Positions 10,464 through 20,007 of a stretch of 64,000 nucleotides of DNA are shown here, one piece after another. Positions within the stretch are counted from its first letter, which is position 1; every line of letters begins with the position of its first letter. The notes beneath the pieces were generated by a model. It saw only the letters and a program-made list of their open reading frames with translations. It searched no databases and had not been told where the DNA came from. This DNA comes from a virus, in IMG/VR virus record IMGVR_UViG_3300034073_000569, positions 1-64,000 of that record; one strand, written 5' to 3'. Position numbers and translations under genes: made by a program.

Positions 10464-12833
10464 CTATTTATTTCTTTTATGATTATAATCTATACGTTGA
10501 CTGCTAGTTTTACTAGCTTTAAATTTAGCTTTTTCTGCTGGACTCATTTCAGATGATGTCTTAGGTGTCTGAGAGTTTACTCTTTTAGAAGGGCGACATG
10601 CTGGATAACCTTTACGACTTTCTCCTTCTTGTCTACCACATGCTTTACCTGTCTTTACATCAACCCACTTTTCTGCAAACCATCTATCTAATCCACCATG
10701 TTGACCACCTGATGCATTTTTTGGTAATACACCAGTTCCTTGTTTGTAATTCTGACTAAACCAAGTTGCTGCAGAATCAGTAGGAAACTTTATATAGCTT
10801 TTAGTAGAGTCAGCATAATCAAATGCATCTTTACCTAAATATTTTAAACTACCATCAGGCATCTGTACTACTGTTGGATATACACGTCCATCTCCACTTT
10901 CCATAAAGTGAGTAGATCTACCACGTTGTCCAGGTATCTGCATAGAAGGTGTATTCTTTGGATATAATCTCTTTACCCAATTAAGATTCTTATTAGCGTT
11001 TAACACAGAATCAACATACGCTGTCCCACCACCTTGCATCATAGGATATTCATCTACATAAGATGCACCACCAAAGTTATATTCTTGTCCAGGCTGCATC
11101 ATCTGCTCTTGACCATTAGAACCTACACCATATACAGGATAGTTAACACCTTGCATAGTAATATTAGATCCAGGTATACGAGTTACTTTGCCAGGGTGAG
11201 CCCATTGACCACGAGGATCTAAAATAGGTCCACCATATTGAGCCATGTCTGCATCTGATTTAGCATCAGTGTTTTGTGCAATAGTGTTGTTTAGAAGAAT
11301 GATTTTACCAGGACTATACTTCTGCTGCATTCTTTTAAATACAGGGTCATTCTGAATCTGCTTATTCTTTAAAGCTTTTTCATAAATAGTTCTATTAATG
11401 TTATCACCAAACTTCTTAGTAAGACCATTCTTGTATAACAAATGTCTAATACCTGTTAAGTCAGCATAAGACTCATTAGCAAAAACCCCATAACCTCTAT
11501 TATCATAATGCTCGTCTTGATTAGGTATAGTATAAGCAAAGTTCATAAACTTATCAACTTCTGCCTCATTTAAAGAAGTACCAAATTTAGTATTATTACC
11601 AGCCGCTAAGTTATCCCAATACTTACTATTATCATAGTCTGAATCTAAAAGTGTACTTAAAGTTTCACCTTTAAACAAAGAGTGACCAAGCTCATGAGCA
11701 ACAACACTTTCTAAATTAGAACTATTTAATACAGTTTTTCTTTTTTTAGGATCATAATAATCCTTAAACTTTCCAATATTCTTAATCTGAGCAGGTTGAT
11801 TATAAAGATCCATTAATCTATATGATCTTTTAGCAGAAGCTGTAGATTTTTGAAATACTTTAGGGTTTTCATAATAGCTAAGATTATTACCTATATATCT
11901 TTCTGGATGCATAGCCTGTCTTTGTGCATACAAAGGTGACTGAATATACCCAGCCATTTCAGACTTTATCTCATCAACTGTACCTTGATTAATAGGTTTA
12001 AAATCATATGATCCTTCCCAGAATGGATTAGTTACTGTTTGTCCACCTTTTTGTTTAAAGAAACCACCATAAGCTTTTTTATCTTTTGGATAGTAAACTC
12101 TACCATAGATTTTATACGGAACACCTTGCATTTGATTCTGAAGCTTTTCAGGAAAATCATACTGATCAGAGTAAGATAAATAATCACCTTGTTTATCAGA
12201 ACCTCTACTAACTACAAACTTACCTAAAGCTCTTGCACGACTAACCATAGGTCTACCAACTAATGGATTTTCATCATTAGGTCCAAATTTAACCATCTGC
12301 TTATCTCCTTCCCAAAATGCATTTGGGTTACCAGGAAAATAACTATTTACAAAATATTCATCAGTAGGTATTATTTGACCAGGCTTTACTTTATCTTTAA
12401 AACTATCAAATATATCTTGCTCTAACTGTTGATCTGCACTATAGTAAAAACCATTAGGATCAGCGTTTATTGTAGGTTTATACTTAGAAGGTCTAAAGTA
12501 TTCTGGCTTAGATTGTAAACCTAAATACATTTTAAAAGCTTCTTCACTACGAGCATCATCATACTCATCTCTATCATTATTAAAGACATATCTAATATAA
12601 TTCTTTAGATCAGTATAGTCAGTTGGTCGTACAGTCCTATATACTTTTTGTCTATTGGCTAATGTTTCTTGAGGAAATACTCTAGGATCTATAACAGGTT
12701 TTTTAGTTTGAACCTGTCCAGCTTTTTGAAAAGTAGGTAATGCAGTAAAACCCTTCTGAGCTTTAGCTAGATGAGGAAGAAACTTATCTGATACATTACC
12801 TGCACCAATCATATGTTGTAATAGCTTATTCAT
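10464..12833 (-). CDS. Modular putative virion protein with a zincin-like HExxH domain and xxGG motifs
   Basis: VVAHELGHSL plus downstream NESYAD; KAYGG, KQKGG, AQYGG, MQGGG, NASGG linkers; basic Cys-containing C-terminal module. Confidence 0.6.
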   Translation of the reverse strand: MNKLLQHMIGAGNVSDKFLPHLAKAQKGFTALPTFQKAGQVQTKKPVIDPRVFPQETLANRQKVYRTVRPTDYTDLKNYIRYVFNNDRDEYDDARSEEAFKMYLGLQSKPEYFRPSKYKPTINADPNGFYYSADQQLEQDIFDSFKDKVKPGQIIPTDEYFVNSYFPGNPNAFWEGDKQMVKFGPNDENPLVGRPMVSRARALGKFVVSRGSDKQGDYLSYSDQYDFPEKLQNQMQGVPYKIYGRVYYPKDKKAYGGFFKQKGGQTVTNPFWEGSYDFKPINQGTVDEIKSEMAGYIQSPLYAQRQAMHPERYIGNNLSYYENPKVFQKSTASAKRSYRLMDLYNQPAQIKNIGKFKDYYDPKKRKTVLNSSNLESVVAHELGHSLFKGETLSTLLDSDYDNSKYWDNLAAGNNTKFGTSLNEAEVDKFMNFAYTIPNQDEHYDNRGYGVFANESYADLTGIRHLLYKNGLTKKFGDNINRTIYEKALKNKQIQNDPVFKRMQQKYSPGKIILLNNTIAQNTDAKSDADMAQYGGPILDPRGQWAHPGKVTRIPGSNITMQGVNYPVYGVGSNGQEQMMQPGQEYNFGGASYVDEYPMMQGGGTAYVDSVLNANKNLNWVKRLYPKNTPSMQIPGQRGRSTHFMESGDGRVYPTVVQMPDGSLKYLGKDAFDYADSTKSYIKFPTDSAATWFSQNYKQGTGVLPKNASGGQHGGLDRWFAEKWVDVKTGKACGRQEGESRKGYPACRPSKRVNSQTPKTSSEMSPAEKAKFKASKTSSQRIDYNHKRNK

Positions 12834-15800
12834 TACCTATGTGACTGTATTAACTTTTGATTAGAAATCTTAAATAACATTTTTAGATCACCACTCTTTG
12901 ATTTTCTCAACCATACTTTATTTACATGATGTCTAAACTTCTTACGCTCTAAAGCTGCTTTACCATAGTCAACATATTGAGGATTAATCTCATACTGATA
13001 ACCATTAGCTTTTGTAACAAACATAGACTGGTTAGTAAGAGTGTTAAACTCACCACGATCCTTTGTTATATCCCAAAACTGATTGAATCTATATTTATTT
13101 TCTTCTTTAGAGAATAATATCTTTATAGAGTTAGGTTGAATCTGAGGATAAGATAAAGCTGCAACAGGGTTGTTTTTAGGTTTAACGCTTAACTCAAGTA
13201 AACCAGACACTTGTTCAGAGTTAGAAATAATAGCTTGATCAAAGTTTTGATCTAATACATGGAACTTATCTGCACAGTTGTTATGTGTCTTATACACTTC
13301 AAGTAAATATTCAATATTTCTTACTGAATTAACCTGCTGACCTGTAGCTGAGATAAACTCCACTTCAAATGGATAATCTTTACCATAGAAGTTTGCATAA
13401 GAATCACAACGTACATTATGCTTCCATATAGAGTTAGTATCTACAGTCATGAAATGAGCCTTTCCTGGAATTACAAACGTTGGATTCCAGTCATGGAATG
13501 ATAACCATGTCTGACTCTTTGGATCATAACTAATAGTCCATGATGCATTTTCAAATGCTAACGGATTATCAAAGTCATAATATGTTTTAAGACCAGCTAT
13601 TGTTCTATAAAACTTACCATCAGCATCATGAGCCATATCATTAAGCAAAGGCTTATAGTCCTTCTTAGTGATATAGATTATCTCATTGGTATTATCATAA
13701 GTCATTTGTACCCCTACACCTTTTACAGGATTATCGTATAATGGATAATTAGGATACTTAGCAAGTAATTCAGAAGGTAGGTATTTAGCAAACCACCATT
13801 TCATACCATCTCTAGATATTTCTTTAAGCTGTCCAGCATATTGGAATATCTTTCCTTGGTTTTGACTTACCCAGAATACACCATGGGTACATCCTAATGT
13901 AGCATACTTACTTTGACATGATCCATATTCAAATGACTCATCAGCATTTACTAATGCTTGAAGCTGTTGTGGACCACTAAATAAAGCTCCATCTCCAATA
14001 GTAATCTTAGCACCAGTACCATCTAGCTTAAGTTCTTCTACACCCATAAACTGCATAGGGCTCTGATAAGCCATCATGAATAAAGCACCTGTTTTATTAA
14101 CAGACTTAATTGATGTAACACGACTACCAAATGTCTTATAGTTGTTAGCTAGATAAACTCTCCAGTTATCTTTCTTACTTTCATCTTGTTGTGGAAGAGA
14201 ATAAATAACTCTATTAACATAATAACTATAACAAGTTTCTGCTTTCTTAGGATCAAAATCTCTATCAAGCATATTACCCCAAGTAATCTGTGAGTTAAAT
14301 AACTTAGATACGCTTAATGAGTAATCATATTTATAGTAGTTAGGTTCTTTAATTATATCTGATCTAAATAAACTACTTAAATCAGTTAATCCATTACTAT
14401 CATAATGGCGTTTCTCTGGACGATCTTCCCAATCTCTATATGCTATATTTACTTCAGATTCTACAAAGAAGTCACGCACGCCAGAGTTAAATAAATAAAA
14501 GTATCCTCTGCTTATATGAAATGTACTAGATTTTCTATGATCTAATACTCTAAATCCACTAGCTAGTTTAAATAAACCTCCAGATAAGTTAGTATTATTA
14601 ATCCAGAATCTAGGATAAGGCATACTAAAGTACATAGAGTAATCTAACTCTGCACCATTAGGTTCTCCGTATAACCAAGTATTAAAGAACAACATACTGT
14701 TCTTTTCTGTAAATCTGTTGATATAAATATCACCACCAAAATATACATTAGATGTAATCTTGCCAGTATTAGATGTAGTTACATCTTCTACACAGAAAGA
14801 AATAGGTATTTGCTTTAAGCTATCTAGTTGACCATACTGTGATGGTAAAGATATCTTCAATGCACCATAATGTCCAGATACAGTACTTTGGTAAGTAGAA
14901 TATAATGAACCATCTCTTTCACTAATCAAGAATCTACTATTATCTACAGTAGTAGGATTGTTTACTTCAGCGTTTGTCTTAAGTATTACAAACTTACCAC
15001 GATTAAAGTTATTAACCATGTAGTTTTGTGAGCTAGCTGTAAATGACTGAATATCAGAGTTTACATAACTAGACTCAACAATTCTTCTTCTTCTATTTCC
15101 TTCTAATGTTGTTCTAGACTTATTATAATAACCATGAGCTACATATTGTGCAGCATATTGCTTATAAGGAATAATAGCTAAAATCAACTTCATGAATTGC
15201 TCAGAAGTAATATCTATTTGTATAGTAGCCATAGCTCCTAATACAACAGCATTAGCTACTGTAATAGCAGTGTTAGCAGCTTGTCTCTTTGATGCACCAA
15301 TACCGCCAAGACCAGGAACACCAAAGTTATTAATAAAACCATTACTTGTACCAAAGAAACTACCAGCAATCATTTCAGCTCTATGTGGAGCAAGTAGGCT
15401 TTGTGTTAATGGAATATCATCTGTTCCTTGAAATTCTACTTTAGCATCTGCTCCAGCTAATGCTCCTACAAGTTTTGCAATTGTAGCAATAGCTGATAAA
15501 ACATTTGTTAAAATATCAGTAAAGTTTGTTGGAAGTTTAAACTTAGGATGTTTATATGGAGTTTCAAATCTACCATTAGCTTCACCATAAATCTCTTGAT
15601 ACAACTTTACTTCACTACTACTTAGGTAAGGACTGCTAAATGTTACATCGGGACCATGAAAAGATAATACATCTTTCTTATAGCCAGACAACTTACTTGA
15701 TTTAGGATCAGGACTACCATTATCACCTAATTGTTCTTGAGAAGTCATGTAACCATCTTCTCTTAAGTCATTAAATGGATAGTTTTGATATAAGCCTGTA

Positions 15801-17452
15801 ACATTAGTTTGATTAGGAACAGAGTATTCTCTCATGTTATTAATCAATCCTTTACTTACAACCGTCTTATGTCCTTCTCTTGATCCACGTAATACTTCAT
15901 ATCCTACAATTGATGTAATAACATTTCCATTAACATCAACAGGTTTAGTAATATTATGAAACTCTACACCTAGAATAATAATATTATTACCATCATTAGT
16001 AAAGTGATTAACTACATCACCACCGGTAATTGTAACATCAGGAAACTTATGATGTCTAATAGGCTGACCACAAAGGTTACCCCATATATCCACTCTGTTA
16101 GAAGGATACAATTCTGTAGATTCCCAATATCCCATCTTACCTTTAGCTACAACACGTCCTCCGTCTGCTAAAACAGAAGAAGTAGTTGTCTCTACAGTAG
16201 CTGTATTACTTACTTGCCATTTTTCTAACTGAACACCATCTTGAGTTTCATATGCATCTGTTCCGTTAGCTAATACCGTATCTGTTGAAATAGGTGCTCT
16301 ACCAGGAATATGATATGACTCAGAGCGTTCTCCTGTATTATACACCCATCTAATAAAGAATGCATATTGTTCATCTCTCATGTATCCAGTGTTGTTACCA
16401 CCTTTTACATAATAGTTTGCAGGATATTCAACAGCAACCCATCTAGCTTGAATACTATTGGCTTGTGGTTGATAGTTAAACTTAGTCTTACTGTATGTAC
16501 CTACACGTAACATGTAATTGTTTACAGTGTAAATAGCATCAGATTTTTCAATAGGTTCAGTTCTAACAACAATCTGAGAAATAGGTATAGTCTCAAAATC
16601 ATTACTTAGAGTATCTATATAAATAGTTCCTTGATTAGTAGAATAGTAACCAACTCTACGTGCAATAGTTTGACCATTGATTTGAGCTAACATAACTAAC
16701 TCAAACTCTTCAAAGTCTTTATCTATAGTAGTAATCTTTACTTCTAAAGAAGAACTGAGATTTTGATGGCTAAATAATGATTGTACTTCTGATAAACCAA
16801 GGTAATCAGATACCTTAACTTTATTAATAGTATAAGCAATAGCTATTTGGTATGATCCATTTGGAAGAGTACCACTAGCTTTACCTTTCTCTAGAATAAT
16901 ACAAGGATGAGTGATAAGGGATGTTAAACGAATCTCTTCACAGTTAAGATCTGTAGAATAAATTTTAGTCACACATCCATTACTAATAGATTCTGTATAT
17001 CTAAAAGGAGGATTTTCTAAGTCCATAAATCTGTCCGGATTTAATCCATCAGACCAATATACAGGACGCTCGCAGTCATAACGTCTACGACTAGTTCCTG
17101 TAATAAGATTAGAACGCTTAAAGTTTAAACAAGGAGAATTAACCTTCTTTGTATAAGAACATTGGCTCTCATCAAAGATACCAATCTCAGAGTTTACATC
17201 ATCAGTAGTAAAGATAGCCCACATATCATCTGTTAGATGTATGCAGCCAATCATAGGGTAAGGAAGAGTTACACAATGTAAATTAGATGGTTCATTACCT
17301 ATAACACCTATCTGACCATCATGTGAGTTATTTACAGCATTACGGGCATGTGTCCACAATCCCTCACCAACGAAGGTTTCATTATAATCCTTAACCATAC
17401 CCTTATTAAAAAGGTTAGTGGTAGATGTAGGGTTCTGTGTATTTTCAGCCAT
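12833..17452 (-). CDS. Tail muzzle / tail stabilization protein (crAss-like, P22 gp10-related beta-propeller)
   Basis: 1539 aa beta-rich protein; N-terminal FNKGMVKD...ARNA, C-terminal SWTISYDP...WLSFHDWNP...IWKHN; position after the ring proteins. Confidence 0.8.
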   Translation of the reverse strand: MAENTQNPTSTTNLFNKGMVKDYNETFVGEGLWTHARNAVNNSHDGQIGVIGNEPSNLHCVTLPYPMIGCIHLTDDMWAIFTTDDVNSEIGIFDESQCSYTKKVNSPCLNFKRSNLITGTSRRRYDCERPVYWSDGLNPDRFMDLENPPFRYTESISNGCVTKIYSTDLNCEEIRLTSLITHPCIILEKGKASGTLPNGSYQIAIAYTINKVKVSDYLGLSEVQSLFSHQNLSSSLEVKITTIDKDFEEFELVMLAQINGQTIARRVGYYSTNQGTIYIDTLSNDFETIPISQIVVRTEPIEKSDAIYTVNNYMLRVGTYSKTKFNYQPQANSIQARWVAVEYPANYYVKGGNNTGYMRDEQYAFFIRWVYNTGERSESYHIPGRAPISTDTVLANGTDAYETQDGVQLEKWQVSNTATVETTTSSVLADGGRVVAKGKMGYWESTELYPSNRVDIWGNLCGQPIRHHKFPDVTITGGDVVNHFTNDGNNIIILGVEFHNITKPVDVNGNVITSIVGYEVLRGSREGHKTVVSKGLINNMREYSVPNQTNVTGLYQNYPFNDLREDGYMTSQEQLGDNGSPDPKSSKLSGYKKDVLSFHGPDVTFSSPYLSSSEVKLYQEIYGEANGRFETPYKHPKFKLPTNFTDILTNVLSAIATIAKLVGALAGADAKVEFQGTDDIPLTQSLLAPHRAEMIAGSFFGTSNGFINNFGVPGLGGIGASKRQAANTAITVANAVVLGAMATIQIDITSEQFMKLILAIIPYKQYAAQYVAHGYYNKSRTTLEGNRRRRIVESSYVNSDIQSFTASSQNYMVNNFNRGKFVILKTNAEVNNPTTVDNSRFLISERDGSLYSTYQSTVSGHYGALKISLPSQYGQLDSLKQIPISFCVEDVTTSNTGKITSNVYFGGDIYINRFTEKNSMLFFNTWLYGEPNGAELDYSMYFSMPYPRFWINNTNLSGGLFKLASGFRVLDHRKSSTFHISRGYFYLFNSGVRDFFVESEVNIAYRDWEDRPEKRHYDSNGLTDLSSLFRSDIIKEPNYYKYDYSLSVSKLFNSQITWGNMLDRDFDPKKAETCYSYYVNRVIYSLPQQDESKKDNWRVYLANNYKTFGSRVTSIKSVNKTGALFMMAYQSPMQFMGVEELKLDGTGAKITIGDGALFSGPQQLQALVNADESFEYGSCQSKYATLGCTHGVFWVSQNQGKIFQYAGQLKEISRDGMKWWFAKYLPSELLAKYPNYPLYDNPVKGVGVQMTYDNTNEIIYITKKDYKPLLNDMAHDADGKFYRTIAGLKTYYDFDNPLAFENASWTISYDPKSQTWLSFHDWNPTFVIPGKAHFMTVDTNSIWKHNVRCDSYANFYGKDYPFEVEFISATGQQVNSVRNIEYLLEVYKTHNNCADKFHVLDQNFDQAIISNSEQVSGLLELSVKPKNNPVAALSYPQIQPNSIKILFSKEENKYRFNQFWDITKDRGEFNTLTNQSMFVTKANGYQYEINPQYVDYGKAALERKKFRHHVNKVWLRKSKSGDLKMLFKISNQKLIQSHR

Positions 17453-17804
17453 GTTTAATTACTAACTTCTTCTTGTCCAAAAATTTATATATTTCTCCAG
17501 TAAGATGACCAACCAACCAAGCTTGTGCCTCTTCATCTGTTATATCTCTATCTTCTGTTATTCTAACTACAGCATGATAAAGTTCATGGGCAATGGTATT
17601 ATGAGTTAAGAACTTATCACCTAGTAAAAGATAGTAGTTATCTATATCCGGCATTACTAGTGCTCCTTCAGCCTCTCCTCCAAAATCATCATTAATCTTA
17701 TACTTCTTATAAAGCTTTTCTGCTTCTACAGATACACTTTCCACCACTACTACTTTGAGTTTACAACTATACGTTGGTAATTTTATGGTGGTACTTACTT
17801 TCAT
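17445..17804 (-). CDS. Small zincin-like metallopeptidase domain protein
   Basis: TIAHELYHAV followed by DEEAQAWLVG (HExxH plus third-ligand Glu). Confidence 0.6.
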   Translation of the reverse strand: MKVSTTIKLPTYSCKLKVVVVESVSVEAEKLYKKYKINDDFGGEAEGALVMPDIDNYYLLLGDKFLTHNTIAHELYHAVVRITEDRDITDEEAQAWLVGHLTGEIYKFLDKKKLVIKHG

Positions 17805-17807
17805 AAA

Positions 17808-18680
17808 TTAAAAGCCATCTGTTGACTTAAACATATCGTAATACTTATTATACTGAGCTTTACGGTTCATCTGCCATACTTTATACATCTCTGCAAAGTC
17901 TGGAGTGTTTACAATACTTAACGCATTATTACGAGCACCTCTTAATCGTTGTTCAATAAGCTGCATTTTCTGTGCAACATCTTCACCGTTAATATATAAG
18001 TTTTCAAGAATACGTTGTTTCATTGCATACTCATAGTACTCATTAATCACAGGATGATCTAGTACTAATAAGTTTCCACCATCATCTTCAAGAGCACCTT
18101 GGTAAGAAATAAACAATTGACCCTCATCTACATTTGTATAGATGAATCCATTTTTTATATACCCAGTACGGCCACTTGCATTATCATTAAGAGCATCTAT
18201 CTTTCCTGTAGAAGTAGCAATATGCATACGTTCAAAAGTATCATAAGTACGTGTTTCATACTTACGCTTTTCTACAACCTGTACATGGATATTCTCACCT
18301 GTTTTGCACTCTACAGTGTATGTCTTTTCACAACTACATTGAGGATCAGGTTGTCCACACTTTCTACAAAGATCATGTTTTAAAATAACGTTTTCTGTTT
18401 CACGACCTGACATTACAGATTGAGTTACAGTATAACGTCCACAAAGATGTGCATAGTTTAATACATAAAAATCATCAGGAAGTTTAGTCTTCTTTTTTTC
18501 TATGTCTAATACTTTTTCTTTTGTTCCATGAATTCTAAGACCTAAGTCATAGTTAACTCTTTGTGCTACTTTAATAAGCTGAGCAGGCTCTATCATACCT
18601 TCATTGCTGTAGGTAACAAAGTCTGTTGCAACTTCATCAAGAAGTTGGTCAAAGGTTCTATATTGTAATTCAGTTTTCAT
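17808..18680 (-). CDS. Tail ring/adaptor (tail tubular-like) protein
   Basis: 290 aa; LPDDFY motif, YIKNGFIYTNVDEGQLFISYQG, Cys-rich insert; synteny upstream of muzzle. Confidence 0.65.
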   Translation of the reverse strand: MKTELQYRTFDQLLDEVATDFVTYSNEGMIEPAQLIKVAQRVNYDLGLRIHGTKEKVLDIEKKKTKLPDDFYVLNYAHLCGRYTVTQSVMSGRETENVILKHDLCRKCGQPDPQCSCEKTYTVECKTGENIHVQVVEKRKYETRTYDTFERMHIATSTGKIDALNDNASGRTGYIKNGFIYTNVDEGQLFISYQGALEDDGGNLLVLDHPVINEYYEYAMKQRILENLYINGEDVAQKMQLIEQRLRGARNNALSIVNTPDFAEMYKVWQMNRKAQYNKYYDMFKSTDGF

Positions 18681-19351
18681 CGAAGTACGTTCTGTTTATC
18701 TTGAGAAGTATCTGATGGAATCTGCATCATTCCAATTAGATCTTTAAATACATTATTTTCTATCTCACCAAATAAGTAATCTGGTACATTAAATGGTTGA
18801 TCTGTCTTTTGAATACAACTATCAGCAGCACATGTAAATACAGAGATGTCTTCCTCAAAAATACCTTCTATACGTACCGCATCCCATTCAATATTAGGAA
18901 AGTATAAGTAGTCGTTTAAATACCAATAGTATTTAGACTTATTGTACTTAAAATTTTTAGATTTAGATAGAGATAAGAATGTACTAGGATTAGTAGACTG
19001 AAGTTCTTCAGAGCCATCAATAGATGTAGTAGAACGAATAAGTGGACCATTATATCCTTGCATAAAGATTGGCATCTTTTCTTTTGTACGTTTAATAGTA
19101 CAGTCAGAAGATAATCCTGTGCAACATGCCTCCACCTTATCTACTTCTATTAGTTCTACAAAATCCATGGTTTGAACTACACCGGAATAAGCAAGAAGTT
19201 TGTTCTTACCATCTTCACGTTTCATCAACCACTTAGCATGCTTTAGAATAAATGCATAGATAGCTCTATCAGTCAAGAAAGCATCTTGTCTAACAGCTTT
19301 TATCTGTGTACGCATTCTAGAGATTACATCTCCTATAGTAGTTTTAGCCAT
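18677..19351 (-). CDS. Tail ring protein
   Basis: 224 aa; YYWYLNDYLYF...VRIEGIFEE typical of crAss-like ring proteins; synteny. Confidence 0.6.
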   Translation of the reverse strand: MAKTTIGDVISRMRTQIKAVRQDAFLTDRAIYAFILKHAKWLMKREDGKNKLLAYSGVVQTMDFVELIEVDKVEACCTGLSSDCTIKRTKEKMPIFMQGYNGPLIRSTTSIDGSEELQSTNPSTFLSLSKSKNFKYNKSKYYWYLNDYLYFPNIEWDAVRIEGIFEEDISVFTCAADSCIQKTDQPFNVPDYLFGEIENNVFKDLIGMMQIPSDTSQDKQNVLR

Positions 19352-19355
19352 AGCC

Positions 19356-19946
19356 TTAATCTAAATTAAACTCATCATATTCATTATTTTTAATGATATA
19401 CTGAGTTTCTTGTTTCTTAAAATCTTTATACTTTTCCTTTCTAAAAAGTCTGCTTACCCTTACAAGATTATCCACCATCACATACTTCTTCCACTCTTGA
19501 GGATATGTTTGACCAACAGTCCTTTTAAAGTCTCTGATACCAGTAAAGCTCCACATCTCGTTATGCTTGAATCTATACTTAGTCTCAAAGTTTGTGTAGA
19601 ATATCTTAGCAGCATATTGGTCAGATTCCCAGTTTTGATGCTGAATAACTGTACCATACTTTTTACTCTTGCTAAAGTCTACGTTACTCTTTTTACGTGG
19701 ACATGTCCCAATAAAGATATAACCTAGTTGCTCTGGTAATTCTACACCATCTCGCTCATCTATAACCTTCTGCCAAATCTCCCCATTAAAAGTATTGATG
19801 ATACTTTTAAATGTAGCTATATCCATAGAAGCATACTTTGGATTACTAGCAATAAACTTTTTGTAAAAGTCTATATTAGTAAGGTTTAGTTTCTTTGGTC
19901 TATATCTTGGAGCATTAAGATCCGGTTTTTTACATGCTTTTGCCAC
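19356..19946 (-). CDS. IHF/HU-like DNA-binding protein
   Basis: Basic protein; GVELPEQLGYIFI resembles the IHF/HU beta-arm start; IHF-like genes occupy this position in crAss-like phages. GTG start. Confidence 0.55.
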   Translation of the reverse strand: MAKACKKPDLNAPRYRPKKLNLTNIDFYKKFIASNPKYASMDIATFKSIINTFNGEIWQKVIDERDGVELPEQLGYIFIGTCPRKKSNVDFSKSKKYGTVIQHQNWESDQYAAKIFYTNFETKYRFKHNEMWSFTGIRDFKRTVGQTYPQEWKKYVMVDNLVRVSRLFRKEKYKDFKKQETQYIIKNNEYDEFNLD

Positions 19947-19952
19947 AATGAT

Positions 19953-19969
19953 CTACATTAATAATTTAC
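19953..19969 (-). promoter_or_regulatory. Repeated phage promoter-like motif, copy 2
   Basis: GTAAATTATTAATGTAG upstream of the IHF-like gene. Confidence 0.55.
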
Positions 19970-20007
19970 GAAAAATCCATGAAGTTTCCTATTTAAACTT
20001 TTATAGT

